A stretch of DNA of 64,000 nucleotides from Escherichia coli (GTDB lineage Bacteria > Pseudomonadota > Gammaproteobacteria > Enterobacterales > Enterobacteriaceae), in the NCBI RefSeq assembly GCF_003334335.1, contig NZ_QOWQ01000010.1, one strand, 5' to 3'. The position numbers and the translations under genes were made by a program. Shown piece after piece: positions 1 through 13,010 of this stretch. Numbering within the stretch: position 1 is the stretch's first letter; every line of letters starts with the position of its first letter. The notes beneath the pieces are model-generated. The model did not search any database, was not told where the DNA came from, and saw nothing but the letters and a program-made list of their open reading frames with translations.

Positions 1-1
1 T

Positions 2-1285
<1,284 letters not shown>

Positions 1286-1330
1286 TAATTTCACTATTTT
1301 CAGAAGGATAATTAATCTTTCTACGTGCAC

Positions 1331-1384
1331 GAACGGTCCCCTCGCCCCTTTGGGGTGAGGGTTAGGGTGAGGGGAACCCGTTGG
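1331..1384. repeat. GC-rich imperfect palindrome (CCCCTCGCCCC...GGGGTGAGGG with a tandem second GGGTGAGGGG) between convergent tldD and aaeR
   Basis: gaacggtCCCCTCGCCCCtttGGGGTGAGGGttaGGGTGAGGGGaacccgttgg; pairs as an RNA hairpin with one G-U wobble; no flanking T-run. Confidence 0.6.
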
Positions 1385-1418
1385 CACAGGTTTGTACAAC
1401 GTAACAGTACAATATGAA

Positions 1419-2348
1419 TTACTTCTCTTTCCCGCGCCCGTGCATCTCCTGAAACAATTTACCGACCTCAACAAAATAATCCGTCAGCGAGTTGATCACG
1501 ACCTGTACCTTCAGCGGCAGCTTATCTTTTTCGGTATATAACGCATAAACCGGGCGTGGATCTGACTGGTAACGCGGCAGCAGGATCTCCAGCTCCCCAC
1601 GATTGATCTCGTTGATCACCCACATCAGCGGCACGTAGGCGATCCCGGCACCCGCCGTCAGCCAGCGCACCAGCGTCATCGGATCATTAGTCACAAATCT
1701 TCCTTGTGGGATCAGGCGAGTCGAGATCCCTTCCGGTGCGATCAGTTCAAATTCATTGTCGGGCCGCACGCTGTATTCAAGCCATGAATGACTACTCAAA
1801 TCGGCGGGTTTTTCCGGTATGCCGTATTGTGTGAGATAGCTTTTCGCGGCGCACACCACCATTGGCATCGCGCCCAGACGGCGGGAAAACAGGCTGGAAT
1901 CCTGCAACGCGCCGACGCGGATCACCACATCCAGACCGTCGGCAATCAGGTCGGGGGCTGGAATTCCGGTAACCAGATTGACGCTCAAACCTGGGTATTC
2001 TTTCAGCATTTTGGCTGTCAGCCCGGCGAGAACATTTTGTGCCATAGTTGAAGAACAGCCAATGCGTAGCGTCCCGATGGGGGTGTTATTGAAGGCATAC
2101 AGTTGCTCATGAACATCCTGCACTTCATGAAGCATACGACGGCAGCCCTGGTAGTAAATTCTACCGGCTTCGGTCAGGCCAATGCTGCGTGTGCTACGGT
2201 TTAACAGCTTTACCTGCAACTCATCTTCCAGTTTTGATACCGTCTGACTGATGGACGAAACGCTCATCTGTAGCTGTCTGGCGGCGGCGGTAAAAGAGCC
2301 AAATTCAACTACTTTGGCAAACACCGACATGCGTTTTAGTCGTTCCAT
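1419..2348 (-). CDS. aaeR: LysR-family transcriptional regulator AaeR
   Basis: 309-aa ORF with N-terminal LysR HTH (VFAKVVEFGSFTAAARQLQMSVSSISQTVSKLE); convergent with tldD and divergent from aaeXAB as expected. Confidence 0.9.
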   Translation of the reverse strand: MERLKRMSVFAKVVEFGSFTAAARQLQMSVSSISQTVSKLEDELQVKLLNRSTRSIGLTEAGRIYYQGCRRMLHEVQDVHEQLYAFNNTPIGTLRIGCSSTMAQNVLAGLTAKMLKEYPGLSVNLVTGIPAPDLIADGLDVVIRVGALQDSSLFSRRLGAMPMVVCAAKSYLTQYGIPEKPADLSSHSWLEYSVRPDNEFELIAPEGISTRLIPQGRFVTNDPMTLVRWLTAGAGIAYVPLMWVINEINRGELEILLPRYQSDPRPVYALYTEKDKLPLKVQVVINSLTDYFVEVGKLFQEMHGRGKEK

Positions 2349-2530
2349 TATTCACTCTGACTTAAAAGTGATTTAGATCACATAATATAGATAACAGCAT
2401 AACAGTTACGCTAATATATTAAATATCAATCTACAGCAATGTTGCTCTCGCCCGGCTTTCCATGCCCTTCTCTGCGGCGACAGATGCTGAAAATAATAAC
2501 GCCTGCTCTCTCTTTACAACCAAGGTCAAC

Positions 2531-2734
2531 ATGAGTCTGTTTCCCGTTATCGTGGTGTTTGGGCTGTCCTTCCCACCGATATTTTTTGAATTGCTTTTAT
2601 CACTGGCGATTTTCTGGCTGGTGCGCCGGGTACTTGTGCCAACAGGTATCTACGACTTTGTCTGGCATCCGGCGTTGTTCAACACCGCGCTCTATTGCTG
2701 CTTGTTTTATTTGATATCGCGACTGTTCGTTTGA
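2531..2734 (+). CDS. aaeX: small membrane protein AaeX
   Basis: 67-aa hydrophobic product ([23 protein letters not shown]...) starting at the internal ATG 2531 of track ORF 2462..2734; immediately upstream of aaeA. Confidence 0.8.
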
Positions 2735-2741
2735 GGTTGAA

Positions 2742-3674
2742 GTGAAAACACTAATAAGAAAATTCTCCCGTACGGCCATCACGGTCGTATTAGTCATTCT
2801 GGCCTTCATCGCAATTTTTAATGCCTGGGTCTATTACACCGAATCCCCCTGGACGCGTGACGCGCGCTTTAGCGCTGACGTCGTTGCGATCGCGCCGGAC
2901 GTTTCTGGACTCATTACCCAGGTGAATGTTCATGATAACCAGCTGGTGAAAAAAGGACAGATACTGTTCACCATCGACCAGCCGCGCTATCAAAAGGCGC
3001 TTGAGGAAGCGCAAGCCGATGTTGCTTATTATCAGGTACTGGCACAGGAGAAACGCCAGGAGGCCGGACGTCGTAACCGTCTCGGTGTGCAGGCGATGTC
3101 TCGCGAAGAGATCGACCAGGCCAACAACGTACTACAAACGGTTCTGCATCAGTTAGCGAAAGCGCAGGCGACCCGCGATCTGGCAAAACTGGATCTTGAA
3201 CGCACGGTGATCCGCGCGCCAGCAGATGGCTGGGTGACCAACCTCAACGTCTATACCGGTGAGTTTATTACTCGAGGATCAACGGCGGTTGCGCTGGTGA
3301 AACAGAACTCCTTCTATGTACTGGCCTATATGGAAGAAACTAAGCTGGAAGGGGTGCGTCCGGGGTATCGTGCAGAGATCACGCCGCTTGGCAGTAACAA
3401 AGTGCTGAAAGGGACTGTTGATAGTGTTGCCGCAGGGGTCACCAACGCCAGCAGCACGCGTGACGACAAAGGGATGGCGACTATAGACTCTAACCTTGAA
3501 TGGGTGCGTCTTGCGCAACGTGTTCCGGTTCGTATTCGTCTCGACAACCAGCAAGAGAACATCTGGCCTGCGGGCACCACTGCTACAGTGGTGGTCACTG
3601 GCAAACAAGATCGCGACGAAAGCCAGGATTCGTTCTTCCGTAAAATGGCCCATCGCCTGCGTGAGTTTGGTTAA
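2742..3674 (+). CDS. aaeA: p-hydroxybenzoic acid efflux pump, membrane-fusion (HlyD-family) subunit AaeA
   Basis: 310-aa ORF with GTG start at 2742, N-terminal TM helix and coiled-coil region; 8 bp after aaeX. Confidence 0.9.
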
Positions 3675-3679
3675 TCACG

Positions 3680-5647
3680 ATGGGTATTTTCTCCATTGCT
3701 AACCAACATATTCGCTTTGCGGTAAAACTGGCGACCGCCATTGTACTGGCGCTGTTTGTTGGCTTTCACTTCCAGCTGGAAACGCCACGCTGGGCGGTAC
3801 TGACAGCGGCGATTGTTGCCGCCGGTCCGGCCTTTGCTGCGGGAGGTGAACCGTATTCTGGCGCTATTCGCTATCGTGGCTTTTTGCGCATCATCGGCAC
3901 ATTTATTGGCTGTATTGCCGGACTGGTGATCATCATTGCGATGATCCGCGCACCATTATTGATGATTCTGGTGTGCTGTATCTGGGCCGGTTTTTGTACC
4001 TGGATATCCTCGCTGGTACGAATAGAAAACTCGTATGCGTGGGGGCTGGCCGGTTATACCGCGCTGATCATTGTGATCACCATTCAGCCGGAACCATTGC
4101 TTACGCCGCAGTTTGCCGTCGAACGTTGTAGCGAGATCGTTATCGGTATTGTGTGTGCGATTATGGCGGATTTGCTCTTTTCTCCGCGATCGATCAAACA
4201 AGAAGTGGATCGAGAGCTGGAAAGTTTGCTGGTCGCGCAATATCAATTAATGCAACTCTGTATCAAGCATGGCGATGGTGAAGTTGTCGATAAAGCCTGG
4301 GGCGACCTGGTGCGACGCACCACGGCGCTACAAGGCATGCGCAGCAACCTGAATATGGAATCTTCCCGCTGGGCGCGGGCCAATCGACGTTTAAAAGCGA
4401 TCAATACGCTATCGCTGACGCTGATTACCCAATCCTGCGAAACTTATCTTATTCAGAATACGCGCCCGGAATTGATCACTGATACTTTCCGCGAATTTTT
4501 TGACACGCCGGTAGAAACCGCGCAGGACGTCCACAAGCAGCTCAAACGCCTGCGGAGAGTTATCGCCTGGACCGGGGAACGGGAAACGCCTGTCACCATT
4601 TATAGCTGGGTCGCGGCGGCAACGCGTTATCAGCTTCTCAAGCGCGGCGTTATCAGTAACACAAAAATCAACGCCACCGAAGAAGAGATCCTGCAAGGCG
4701 AACCGGAAGTAAAAGTAGAGTCAGCCGAACGTCATCATGCAATGGTTAACTTCTGGCGAACCACACTTTCCTGCATTCTGGGCACGCTTTTCTGGCTGTG
4801 GACGGGCTGGACTTCCGGCAGTGGTGCAATGGTGATGATTGCGGTAGTGACGTCACTGGCAATGCGTTTGCCGAATCCACGCATGGTGGCGATCGACTTT
4901 ATCTACGGGACGCTGGCCGCGCTGCCGTTAGGGCTGCTCTACTTTTTGGTGATTATCCCTAATACCCAACAGAGCATGTTGCTGCTGTGCATTAGCCTGG
5001 CAGTGCTGGGATTCTTCCTCGGTATAGAAGTACAGAAACGGCGACTGGGCTCGATGGGGGCACTGGCCAGCACCATAAATATTATCGTGCTGGATAACCC
5101 GATGACTTTCCATTTCAGTCAGTTTCTCGACAGCGCATTAGGGCAAATCGTCGGCTGTGTGCTCGCGTTCACCGTTATTTTGCTGGTGCGGGATAAATCG
5201 CGCGACAGGACCGGACGTGTACTGCTTAATCAGTTTGTTTCTGCCGCTGTTTCCGCGATGACTACCAATGTGGCACGTCGTAAAGAGAACCACCTCCCGG
5301 CACTTTATCAGCAGCTGTTTTTGCTGATGAATAAGTTCCCAGGGGATTTGCCGAAATTTCGCCTGGCGCTGACGATGATTATCGCGCACCAGCGCCTGCG
5401 TGATGCACCGATCCCGGTTAACGAGGATTTATCGGCGTTTCACCGACAAATGCGCCGCACAGCAGACCATGTGATATCTGCCCGTAGCGATGATAAACGT
5501 CGTCGGTACTTTGGCCAGTTGCTGGAAGAACTGGAAATCTACCAGGAAAAGCTACGCATCTGGCAAGCGCCACCGCAGGTGACGGAACCGGTAAATCGGC
5601 TGGCGGGGATGCTCCATAAGTATCAACATGCGTTGACCGATAGTTAA
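3680..5647 (+). CDS. aaeB: p-hydroxybenzoic acid efflux pump subunit AaeB (FUSC family)
   Basis: 655-aa polytopic membrane ORF, 6 bp after aaeA; followed by an intrinsic terminator. Confidence 0.9.
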   Translation: MGIFSIANQHIRFAVKLATAIVLALFVGFHFQLETPRWAVLTAAIVAAGPAFAAGGEPYSGAIRYRGFLRIIGTFIGCIAGLVIIIAMIRAPLLMILVCCIWAGFCTWISSLVRIENSYAWGLAGYTALIIVITIQPEPLLTPQFAVERCSEIVIGIVCAIMADLLFSPRSIKQEVDRELESLLVAQYQLMQLCIKHGDGEVVDKAWGDLVRRTTALQGMRSNLNMESSRWARANRRLKAINTLSLTLITQSCETYLIQNTRPELITDTFREFFDTPVETAQDVHKQLKRLRRVIAWTGERETPVTIYSWVAAATRYQLLKRGVISNTKINATEEEILQGEPEVKVESAERHHAMVNFWRTTLSCILGTLFWLWTGWTSGSGAMVMIAVVTSLAMRLPNPRMVAIDFIYGTLAALPLGLLYFLVIIPNTQQSMLLLCISLAVLGFFLGIEVQKRRLGSMGALASTINIIVLDNPMTFHFSQFLDSALGQIVGCVLAFTVILLVRDKSRDRTGRVLLNQFVSAAVSAMTTNVARRKENHLPALYQQLFLLMNKFPGDLPKFRLALTMIIAHQRLRDAPIPVNEDLSAFHRQMRRTADHVISARSDDKRRRYFGQLLEELEIYQEKLRIWQAPPQVTEPVNRLAGMLHKYQHALTDS

Positions 5648-5650
5648 GTC

Positions 5651-5680
5651 AAAACCGACGCCAAAAGCGTCGGTTTTTTC
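5651..5680 (+). terminator. intrinsic terminator of the aaeXAB operon
   Basis: aaaaccgacgc-caaaa-gcgtcggtttttt: GC hairpin followed by a T-run, 4 bp after the aaeB stop. Confidence 0.8.
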
Positions 5681-5738
5681 ATGGCTATACTTAGCGATGC
5701 ACGGCAGAACTCGCCGCGAAACGTGACGGTGGCAACAG

Positions 5739-6011
5739 ATGAATATTTATACCTTTGATTTTGATGAGATTGAGAGTCAGGAGGATTTTTATCGTGACTT
5801 TAGCCAAACCTTTGGTCTGGCGAAAGATAAGGTACGCGATCTCGACTCACTATGGGATGTGTTAATGAACGATGTCCTGCCGCTACCACTTGAGATTGAA
5901 TTTGTTCATCTGGGAGAGAAAACGCGTCGCCGTTTTGGCGCGTTAATATTGCTGTTTGATGAGGCAGAGGAAGAGCTGGAAGGGCATTTGCGTTTTAATG
6001 TTCGTCATTAG
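5739..6011 (+). CDS. yhcO: barstar-like (ribonuclease-inhibitor family) protein YhcO
   Basis: 90-aa acidic ORF ([27 protein letters not shown]...); sits between aaeB and yhcN as in E. coli. Confidence 0.8.
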   Translation: MNIYTFDFDEIESQEDFYRDFSQTFGLAKDKVRDLDSLWDVLMNDVLPLPLEIEFVHLGEKTRRRFGALILLFDEAEEELEGHLRFNVRH

Positions 6012-6012
6012 C

Positions 6013-6040
6013 GCAAAAAAAAGCCCCCGAACCGGGGGCA
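6013..6040. terminator. terminator between convergent yhcO and yhcN (canonical mainly for the minus strand)
   Basis: aaaaaaaa-gcccccg-aac-cgggggc: 7-bp GC stem; the A-run on plus gives a U-run after the hairpin on the minus strand (yhcN). Confidence 0.7.
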
Positions 6041-6066
6041 ATATCGTCGGACAAGACGATGAGGGT

Positions 6067-6330
6067 TTATTTGTACAGTTCAGCCGTAGCGTGCCAGGTG
6101 TCACCGCTACGAGCTTCAGTAATCTGGTAGGCCGTTGCGCCTTTCTCTTCCGCTTTTTTGTTCAGCATTTCACGCATATCCATTGGCGAAGACGCCACAC
6201 CACTTACGGATACGGTCCCGATTGCTTCACGATTTTGTGCTTGTGCAGCATCAATGGAGTCGGCAGCGAATGCACCGAAAGAGAGAACAGAAAGTACGCT
6301 TAATGCAGCAACAGTGGTTTTGATTTTCAT
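6067..6330 (-). CDS. yhcN: periplasmic stress-induced protein YhcN (DUF1471 family)
   Basis: 87-aa product from the internal ATG (MKIKTTVAALSVLSVLSFGAFA signal peptide) of track ORF 6067..6381. Confidence 0.8.
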   Translation of the reverse strand: MKIKTTVAALSVLSVLSFGAFAADSIDAAQAQNREAIGTVSVSGVASSPMDMREMLNKKAEEKGATAYQITEARSGDTWHATAELYK

Positions 6331-6694
6331 GATTTTTACCTCGACATAATCTTTTAGCTGGGCCTTTGTTTCGTGACCCATATCACAAAATCAAGTATAC
6401 GCTAATTATTGAGCTAATTAATACCGCGCTAACTGTTTCAGTTGATACTAAGTGTTAAAAATGTGAATTTTAATAACAAAAAAGAATTAAAAATACGGTT
6501 ATTTATCGTTAATTCTAGTTTTTTCAATTAGATAATGAATTTTGCATAATGTGCTTTTTTTACCTTATGTATTCATTGTGTGAATGACATGTCGCAGTAA
6601 AACGCACTATTCGTTAAATTAATCGCAGGGGAAAGCAGGGGGTTGAGAGGGATAAGCAACATTTTCCCCGCCGTCAGAAACGACGGGGCAGAGA

Positions 6695-7168
<474 letters not shown>

Positions 7169-7188
7169 TCACCCGATATGGTGGTTGA

Positions 7189-7227
7189 TACAACATTATT
7201 GTGCATACAGATGAATTTTTATGCAAA
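7189..7227. promoter_or_regulatory. ARG-box-like operator in the argR promoter region (putative autoregulation site)
   Basis: gaTGAATttttATGCAaa resembles the ARG box consensus tnTGAATwwwwATTCAnw, with a weaker adjacent half-site; lies 25-60 bp upstream of the argR start. Read by eye only. Confidence 0.35.
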
Positions 7228-7524
7228 CAGTCAGCCCTGAAGAAGGCTGAAATAATGTTATGAAAGAGCGGGATTTTATCAAATTTCGTTATTGAGAAAC
7301 ATGCCTGCGTCACGGCATGCAAATTCTGCTTAAAAGTAAATTAATTGTTATCAAATTGATGTTGTTTTGGCTGAACGGTAGGGTATATTGTCACCACCTG
7401 TTGGAATGTTGCGCTAATGCATAAGCGACTGTTAATTACGTAAGTTAGGTTCCTGATTACGGCAATTAAATGCATAAACGCTAAACTTGCGTGACTACAC
7501 ATTCTTGAGATGTGGTCATTGTAA

Positions 7525-8538
<1,014 letters not shown>

Positions 8539-8554
8539 TTGATTAGCGGATAAT

Positions 8555-8588
8555 AAAAAACCGGAGCACAGACTCCGGTTTTTTGTTT
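8555..8588. terminator. bidirectional intrinsic terminator between mdh and degS
   Basis: aaaaaa-ccggag-cacaga-ctccgg-tttttt: hairpin flanked by an A-run and a T-run, between convergent stop codons. Confidence 0.8.
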
Positions 8589-8600
8589 TGAGCGCACGAC

Positions 8601-9668
8601 TTAATTGGTTGCCGGATATTCCTGAATGGTGACCTGCAGCGTTAACTGCTTATCATCACGCATCACTACTACAGGGATCACCGAACCAGGGCGAATTTCC
8701 GCCACCTGATCCATCGTCTCCAGAGCAGAGATGGCCGGTTTGTTATCCACCGAAATAATCAGATCGTTGACCTGAATACCCGCATTCGCCGCCGGGCCGT
8801 CAGGTGACACTTCATTAACCACGATCCCTTGCAGTTGATCTATACCACCGCCCTGCGCGTGCAGTGGTGCGATCTCACGTCCGCCGATACCAATGTAGCC
8901 GCGGATCACGCGACCATCGCGGATCAGCTTATCCATAATTTTGGTTGCTAACTGGAAAGGAATCGCAAAGCCGATACCTTCCGGCGTTTCGCCATCGTTA
9001 CTCTTATCAAACGACAGCGTATTAATGCCCATCAGTTCGCCCAGCGAGTTCACCAGCGCGCCGCCAGAGTTACCGTGGTTAATGGAAGCATCGGTTTGGA
9101 GGAAGTTTTGCCGCCCGGTCGGGTTCAGACCGATTCGACCCGTGGCACTAATAATCCCCTGGGTAATGGTCTGCCCGAGGTTGTACGGGTTACCGATCGC
9201 CAGTACTACGTCGCCAATGTGCGGTACGCGACGTGCATTAATTGGAATGGTAGGTAAACCGCCAGTGGCATTAATTTTAAGTACCGCCAGATCGGTTAGA
9301 GAGTCAGATCCCACCAGCAATGCTTCAAATACACGTCCATCCTGTAAGGCGACGATGATCTGATCGGCGTCGTTGATGACGTGTTTATTGGTGATGATAT
9401 AACCGCGTTGATCCATGATTACACCGGATCCCAGGGTGCGGATCTCAAGCTGGTTGTGAGAGTTGGTGTTCAAACCACGGTTGTAAACGTTAACCACCGC
9501 TGGCGCGGCGCGGCGAACCGCCAGATTATAGCTGGCAGGCGTCTCATCGGTACTGTCAAATTGCGGAGTGGAAAGCGGGTTAAGGCTGCGCAGCGAAGGC
9601 ATGGCAACCAGCAGAATAGCGCCGACAATTAATCCAATCGCAACGGAACGTAAGAGCTTCACAAACAT
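8601..9668 (-). CDS. degS: inner-membrane serine endoprotease DegS (HtrA family, sigma-E pathway)
   Basis: 355-aa ORF with N-terminal TM anchor, trypsin-like GNSGGAL active-site motif and one PDZ domain. Confidence 0.95.
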   Translation of the reverse strand: MFVKLLRSVAIGLIVGAILLVAMPSLRSLNPLSTPQFDSTDETPASYNLAVRRAAPAVVNVYNRGLNTNSHNQLEIRTLGSGVIMDQRGYIITNKHVINDADQIIVALQDGRVFEALLVGSDSLTDLAVLKINATGGLPTIPINARRVPHIGDVVLAIGNPYNLGQTITQGIISATGRIGLNPTGRQNFLQTDASINHGNSGGALVNSLGELMGINTLSFDKSNDGETPEGIGFAIPFQLATKIMDKLIRDGRVIRGYIGIGGREIAPLHAQGGGIDQLQGIVVNEVSPDGPAANAGIQVNDLIISVDNKPAISALETMDQVAEIRPGSVIPVVVMRDDKQLTLQVTIQEYPATN

Positions 9669-9757
9669 GATGGAGGCGTCATTAAAAAAGGGAACGGCAG
9701 CAGCATACCACGAGTTAACCGGACATCACACGTAAGCCTGATGCCCGGTTTACGACA

Positions 9758-11125
9758 TTAACGCATCAGCAGATAGATGCTTTCATTGCCGCGTACAATT
9801 TGCAGGGCGATGATGGCCGGTTTTGCCGCCAGCACTTTACGCATTTCAGCAATCGAGTTCACCCGATCGCGGTTGACGCCAATGATCACATCGTCTTTTT
9901 GCAAGCCAGCCTGAGCAGCTGGGCTTCCTTTGACAACTTCATCGATTTTAATACCTTTGCCGCCATCTTTTAGCTGACCATCGCTCAACGTTGCACCTTC
10001 CAGCGCTGGCGTGATCATTTCAGCGCTGGCCGACGAAGAGGTGCTGGTATCGAGCGTCACTTCTACTTCCAGTGGTTTGCCGTTACGCAGCAGGCCAAGC
10101 TTCACTTTCGTGCCCGGCTCGGTGGTCGCGATACGAGAGCGCAACTCAGCAAAGCTATTCAGCGGTTTGCCGTTGAGGCTGGTAATAATATCGCCCGCTT
10201 TGACGCCCGCTTTTGCCGAGCCAGAACCTGGCAACACTTCGCTGACAAACGCGCCACGCTGCACGTCAAGGTTGAAGGCTTTGGCGATATCGGCACTCAT
10301 CTCGGTGCCTTTGATGCCTAACAAACCGCGTTTGATTTCACCAAAGTCGATAAGCTGCTGCGCCAGTGTTCGCGCCATATTACTGGGGATGGCAAATCCA
10401 ATCCCGACGCTCCCGCCGCCAGGCGCAAGGATTGCAGTGTTGATGCCAATTAACTCACCGTTAAGGTTTAATAGTGCACCGCCGGAGTTACCGCGGTTAA
10501 TGGAAGCATCTGTCTGGATAAAGTTTTCCAGACCTTCAAGATTCAACCCGCTGCGGCCTAATGCGGAAACAATGCCAGAGGTGGCGGTTTGCCCAAGGCC
10601 AAATGGGTTACCGACCGCTACGGCAAAATCACCGACGCGCAATTTATCGGAGTCGGCAATAGCGATTTGCGTTAATTTGCTCGGGTTTTGAATTTGTAAC
10701 AGGGCGATATCGCTCTGGTCATCGCTACCAATCAGTTTTGCATCAAACTCGCGCCCATCATTGAGCTGAATACTGATTTTCTGTGCCTGATTAATCACAT
10801 GGTTGTTGGTCAGCACATAGCCTTTACTGGCGTTGATGATGACACCGGAGCCTAAACCTTCGAAGGGTTGTGCAGGTTGATCCGGTAAATCATCACCAAA
10901 AAACTTTTTGAATTCTTCCGGGATTTTCTGTCCCTGACTGGCCGTTCCTTCCACCCGTACGCTCACCACTGCCGGAAGCACTTTTTCCAGCATTGGAGCC
11001 AGACTGGGGAGAGGGGCCTGATCGGCAACCTGGCCTGGAATCGACGCGACGGCCTGAAATGACGCCGAGAGAGTTAACCCGACACTTAACGCTAATGCAC
11101 TCAACAGCTGGGTTTGTTTTTTCAT
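9758..11125 (-). CDS. degQ: periplasmic serine endoprotease DegQ (HtrA family)
   Basis: 455-aa product from the internal ATG (MKKQTQLLSALALSVGLTLSASFQAVA signal peptide); GNSGGAL motif and two PDZ regions. Confidence 0.9.
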   Translation of the reverse strand: MKKQTQLLSALALSVGLTLSASFQAVASIPGQVADQAPLPSLAPMLEKVLPAVVSVRVEGTASQGQKIPEEFKKFFGDDLPDQPAQPFEGLGSGVIINASKGYVLTNNHVINQAQKISIQLNDGREFDAKLIGSDDQSDIALLQIQNPSKLTQIAIADSDKLRVGDFAVAVGNPFGLGQTATSGIVSALGRSGLNLEGLENFIQTDASINRGNSGGALLNLNGELIGINTAILAPGGGSVGIGFAIPSNMARTLAQQLIDFGEIKRGLLGIKGTEMSADIAKAFNLDVQRGAFVSEVLPGSGSAKAGVKAGDIITSLNGKPLNSFAELRSRIATTEPGTKVKLGLLRNGKPLEVEVTLDTSTSSSASAEMITPALEGATLSDGQLKDGGKGIKIDEVVKGSPAAQAGLQKDDVIIGVNRDRVNSIAEMRKVLAAKPAIIALQIVRGNESIYLLMR

Positions 11126-11249
11126 TATTCCTGCTCTCGTACCTGAATGATAAGAAAAGAGATTCAAAACAGTTTGATGTTATTGAATTTTCAGACGGCT
11201 AACAATGAGACACCAGATTAAATGATAGTCGGGGAGGGAGAGAAGAGGA

Positions 11250-11270
11250 GGGCGCAATGGCTGCGCCCGA
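11250..11270 (-). terminator. hairpin 3' of zapG (putative terminator)
   Basis: gggcgca-atggc-tgcgccc perfect 7-bp stem, 9 bp after the zapG stop; pyrimidine-rich tract follows on the minus strand. Confidence 0.4.
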
Positions 11271-11278
11271 AAAATAAA

Positions 11279-11677
11279 TTAGTCGCGCTTCGCGCCAGTA
11301 CGCAGCAGGCCGGATGCGCCTTCAGAATAGTCGCGAGGCATCTGCACCGGTGCCTGATCGTTGCTGGCTTCAGACTCTGCCAGACGATTACGGAACGGGT
11401 TTGCTTCAGCAGACAGTTCCGGCAGCAGGCTGCTGGAGCTTTTTGCCATGTGCTGATACAGCTGGCGATAGTCGTGCGCCATGGTATCCAGTAATTCCGC
11501 GCTGCGGGCAAAGTGGCTAACCAGCTCTTCGCGATACTCGTCCAGTTCAGCTTTATTCTTTTCCAGTTCGTACTGCAACGCCTGTTGCTGGCGTAGTTTA
11601 CGATTACCAAAACGCATGGCCACAGCACCAATAATGATGCCGACGACTAACCCAATTAGCGCATATTCCCAGGTCAT
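11279..11677 (-). CDS. zapG: inner-membrane Z-ring-associated protein ZapG (YhcB)
   Basis: 132-aa product from MTWEYALIGLVVGIIIGAVAM (single N-terminal TM helix, then coiled coil). Confidence 0.85.
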   Translation of the reverse strand: MTWEYALIGLVVGIIIGAVAMRFGNRKLRQQQALQYELEKNKAELDEYREELVSHFARSAELLDTMAHDYRQLYQHMAKSSSSLLPELSAEANPFRNRLAESEASNDQAPVQMPRDYSEGASGLLRTGAKRD

Positions 11678-11870
11678 GAACATCTCCCGTTGTCTTTTGT
11701 TTCCGTAGGGTGTTGGCTTCAGGCTCCATGCCTGCGGCTGATTATGCCACTATAACCGTTAATTCCACAGAAGTGGAATCCCGACTGCATATCGCGTAGT
11801 GTAGAACGGCCTTTTTTTCGTCAACCGTGAACAACGGCGTACCGATTATTCAAGGAATAACAATAAGATC

Positions 11871-12998
11871 ATGCAAAGCGTTACCCCAACATCGCAATAC
11901 CTGAAGGCGCTTAATGAAGGCAGCCATCAACCCGACGACGTTCAAAAAGAGGCCGTCAGCCGCCTGGAAATTATTTATCAGGAACTCATCAATAGCACGC
12001 CACCAGCCCCCAGGACGAGTGGGCTAATGGCGCGGGTCGGTAAGCTGTGGGGTAAACGCGAAGACACAAAGCATACGCCAGTGCGTGGCTTATATATGTG
12101 GGGCGGTGTAGGACGCGGGAAAACCTGGCTGATGGACCTTTTCTATCAAAGCCTGCCGGGAGAGCGGAAACAGCGCCTGCACTTTCACCGTTTTATGCTG
12201 CGGGTGCATGAAGAGCTAACTGCCTTACAGGGGCAGACCGATCCGCTGGAAATTATTGCCGATCGCTTTAAAGCCGAAACTGACGTGCTCTGTTTTGACG
12301 AATTTTTTGTTTCTGATATTACCGATGCCATGCTACTTGGCGGTCTGATGAAAGCCCTGTTCGCTCGCGGTATTACCCTGGTAGCGACGTCAAATATTCC
12401 GCCGGATGAACTTTATCGAAATGGCCTGCAACGTGCGCGTTTTCTGCCTGCAATCGATGCCATTAAACAGCATTGTGATGTAATGAACGTGGACGCTGGT
12501 GTTGATTATCGTCTGCGTACACTCACTCAGGCGCATCTGTGGCTTTCGCCACTTCACGATGAAACCCGGGCGCAAATGGATAAACTATGGTTGGCGCTGG
12601 CGGGGGGGAAACGAGAAAATTCACCGACGTTAGAAATCAACCATCGGCCATTAGCAACAATGGGCGTCGAGAACCAGACGCTGGCGGTCTCTTTTACTAC
12701 GCTGTGCGTCGACGCCCGCAGTCAGCATGACTATATTGCGCTCTCACGTCTCTTTCATACGGTCATGTTGTTTGATGTACCAGTTATGACGCGGTTGATG
12801 GAGAGCGAAGCGCGGCGCTTTATTGCGCTGGTGGATGAGTTTTACGAGCGCCATGTCAAATTAGTGGTGAGTGCAGAAGTGCCGCTGTATGAAATTTATC
12901 AGGGCGATCGGCTGAAGTTTGAGTTCCAGCGTTGCCTGTCACGTCTGCAAGAGATGCAAAGCGAAGAGTATCTGAAGCGCGAGCATTTGGCGGGTTAA
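11871..12998 (+). CDS. zapE: AFG1-like ATPase ZapE (YhcM)
   Basis: 375-aa ORF with Walker A motif (GGVGRGKTWLMD); divergent from zapG. Confidence 0.9.
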   Translation: MQSVTPTSQYLKALNEGSHQPDDVQKEAVSRLEIIYQELINSTPPAPRTSGLMARVGKLWGKREDTKHTPVRGLYMWGGVGRGKTWLMDLFYQSLPGERKQRLHFHRFMLRVHEELTALQGQTDPLEIIADRFKAETDVLCFDEFFVSDITDAMLLGGLMKALFARGITLVATSNIPPDELYRNGLQRARFLPAIDAIKQHCDVMNVDAGVDYRLRTLTQAHLWLSPLHDETRAQMDKLWLALAGGKRENSPTLEINHRPLATMGVENQTLAVSFTTLCVDARSQHDYIALSRLFHTVMLFDVPVMTRLMESEARRFIALVDEFYERHVKLVVSAEVPLYEIYQGDRLKFEFQRCLSRLQEMQSEEYLKREHLAG

Positions 12999-13010
12999 AA
13001 CCTGTCACAA

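Noticed and set aside
1382-1397. TGGCAC-aggtt-TGTAC resembling a sigma-54 (-24/-12) promoter
   Set aside because: The GG and GC elements are not at the required 10-bp spacing (the -12 position reads GT), and the site lies between two convergent gene ends where no promoter is needed.
6660-6690. Possible terminator hairpin downstream of argR (ccccgccgtc-agaaac-gacggggc)
   Set aside because: The stem is interrupted by a bulge and there is no U-tract on either strand, so it is too weak to call.
11218-11631. 137-aa minus-strand ORF overlapping zapG in another frame, and other alternate-frame ORFs (for example 17692..18201 inside nanR, 594..809 inside tldD)
   Set aside because: These are alternate frames of recognised genes with no RBS or motif support.
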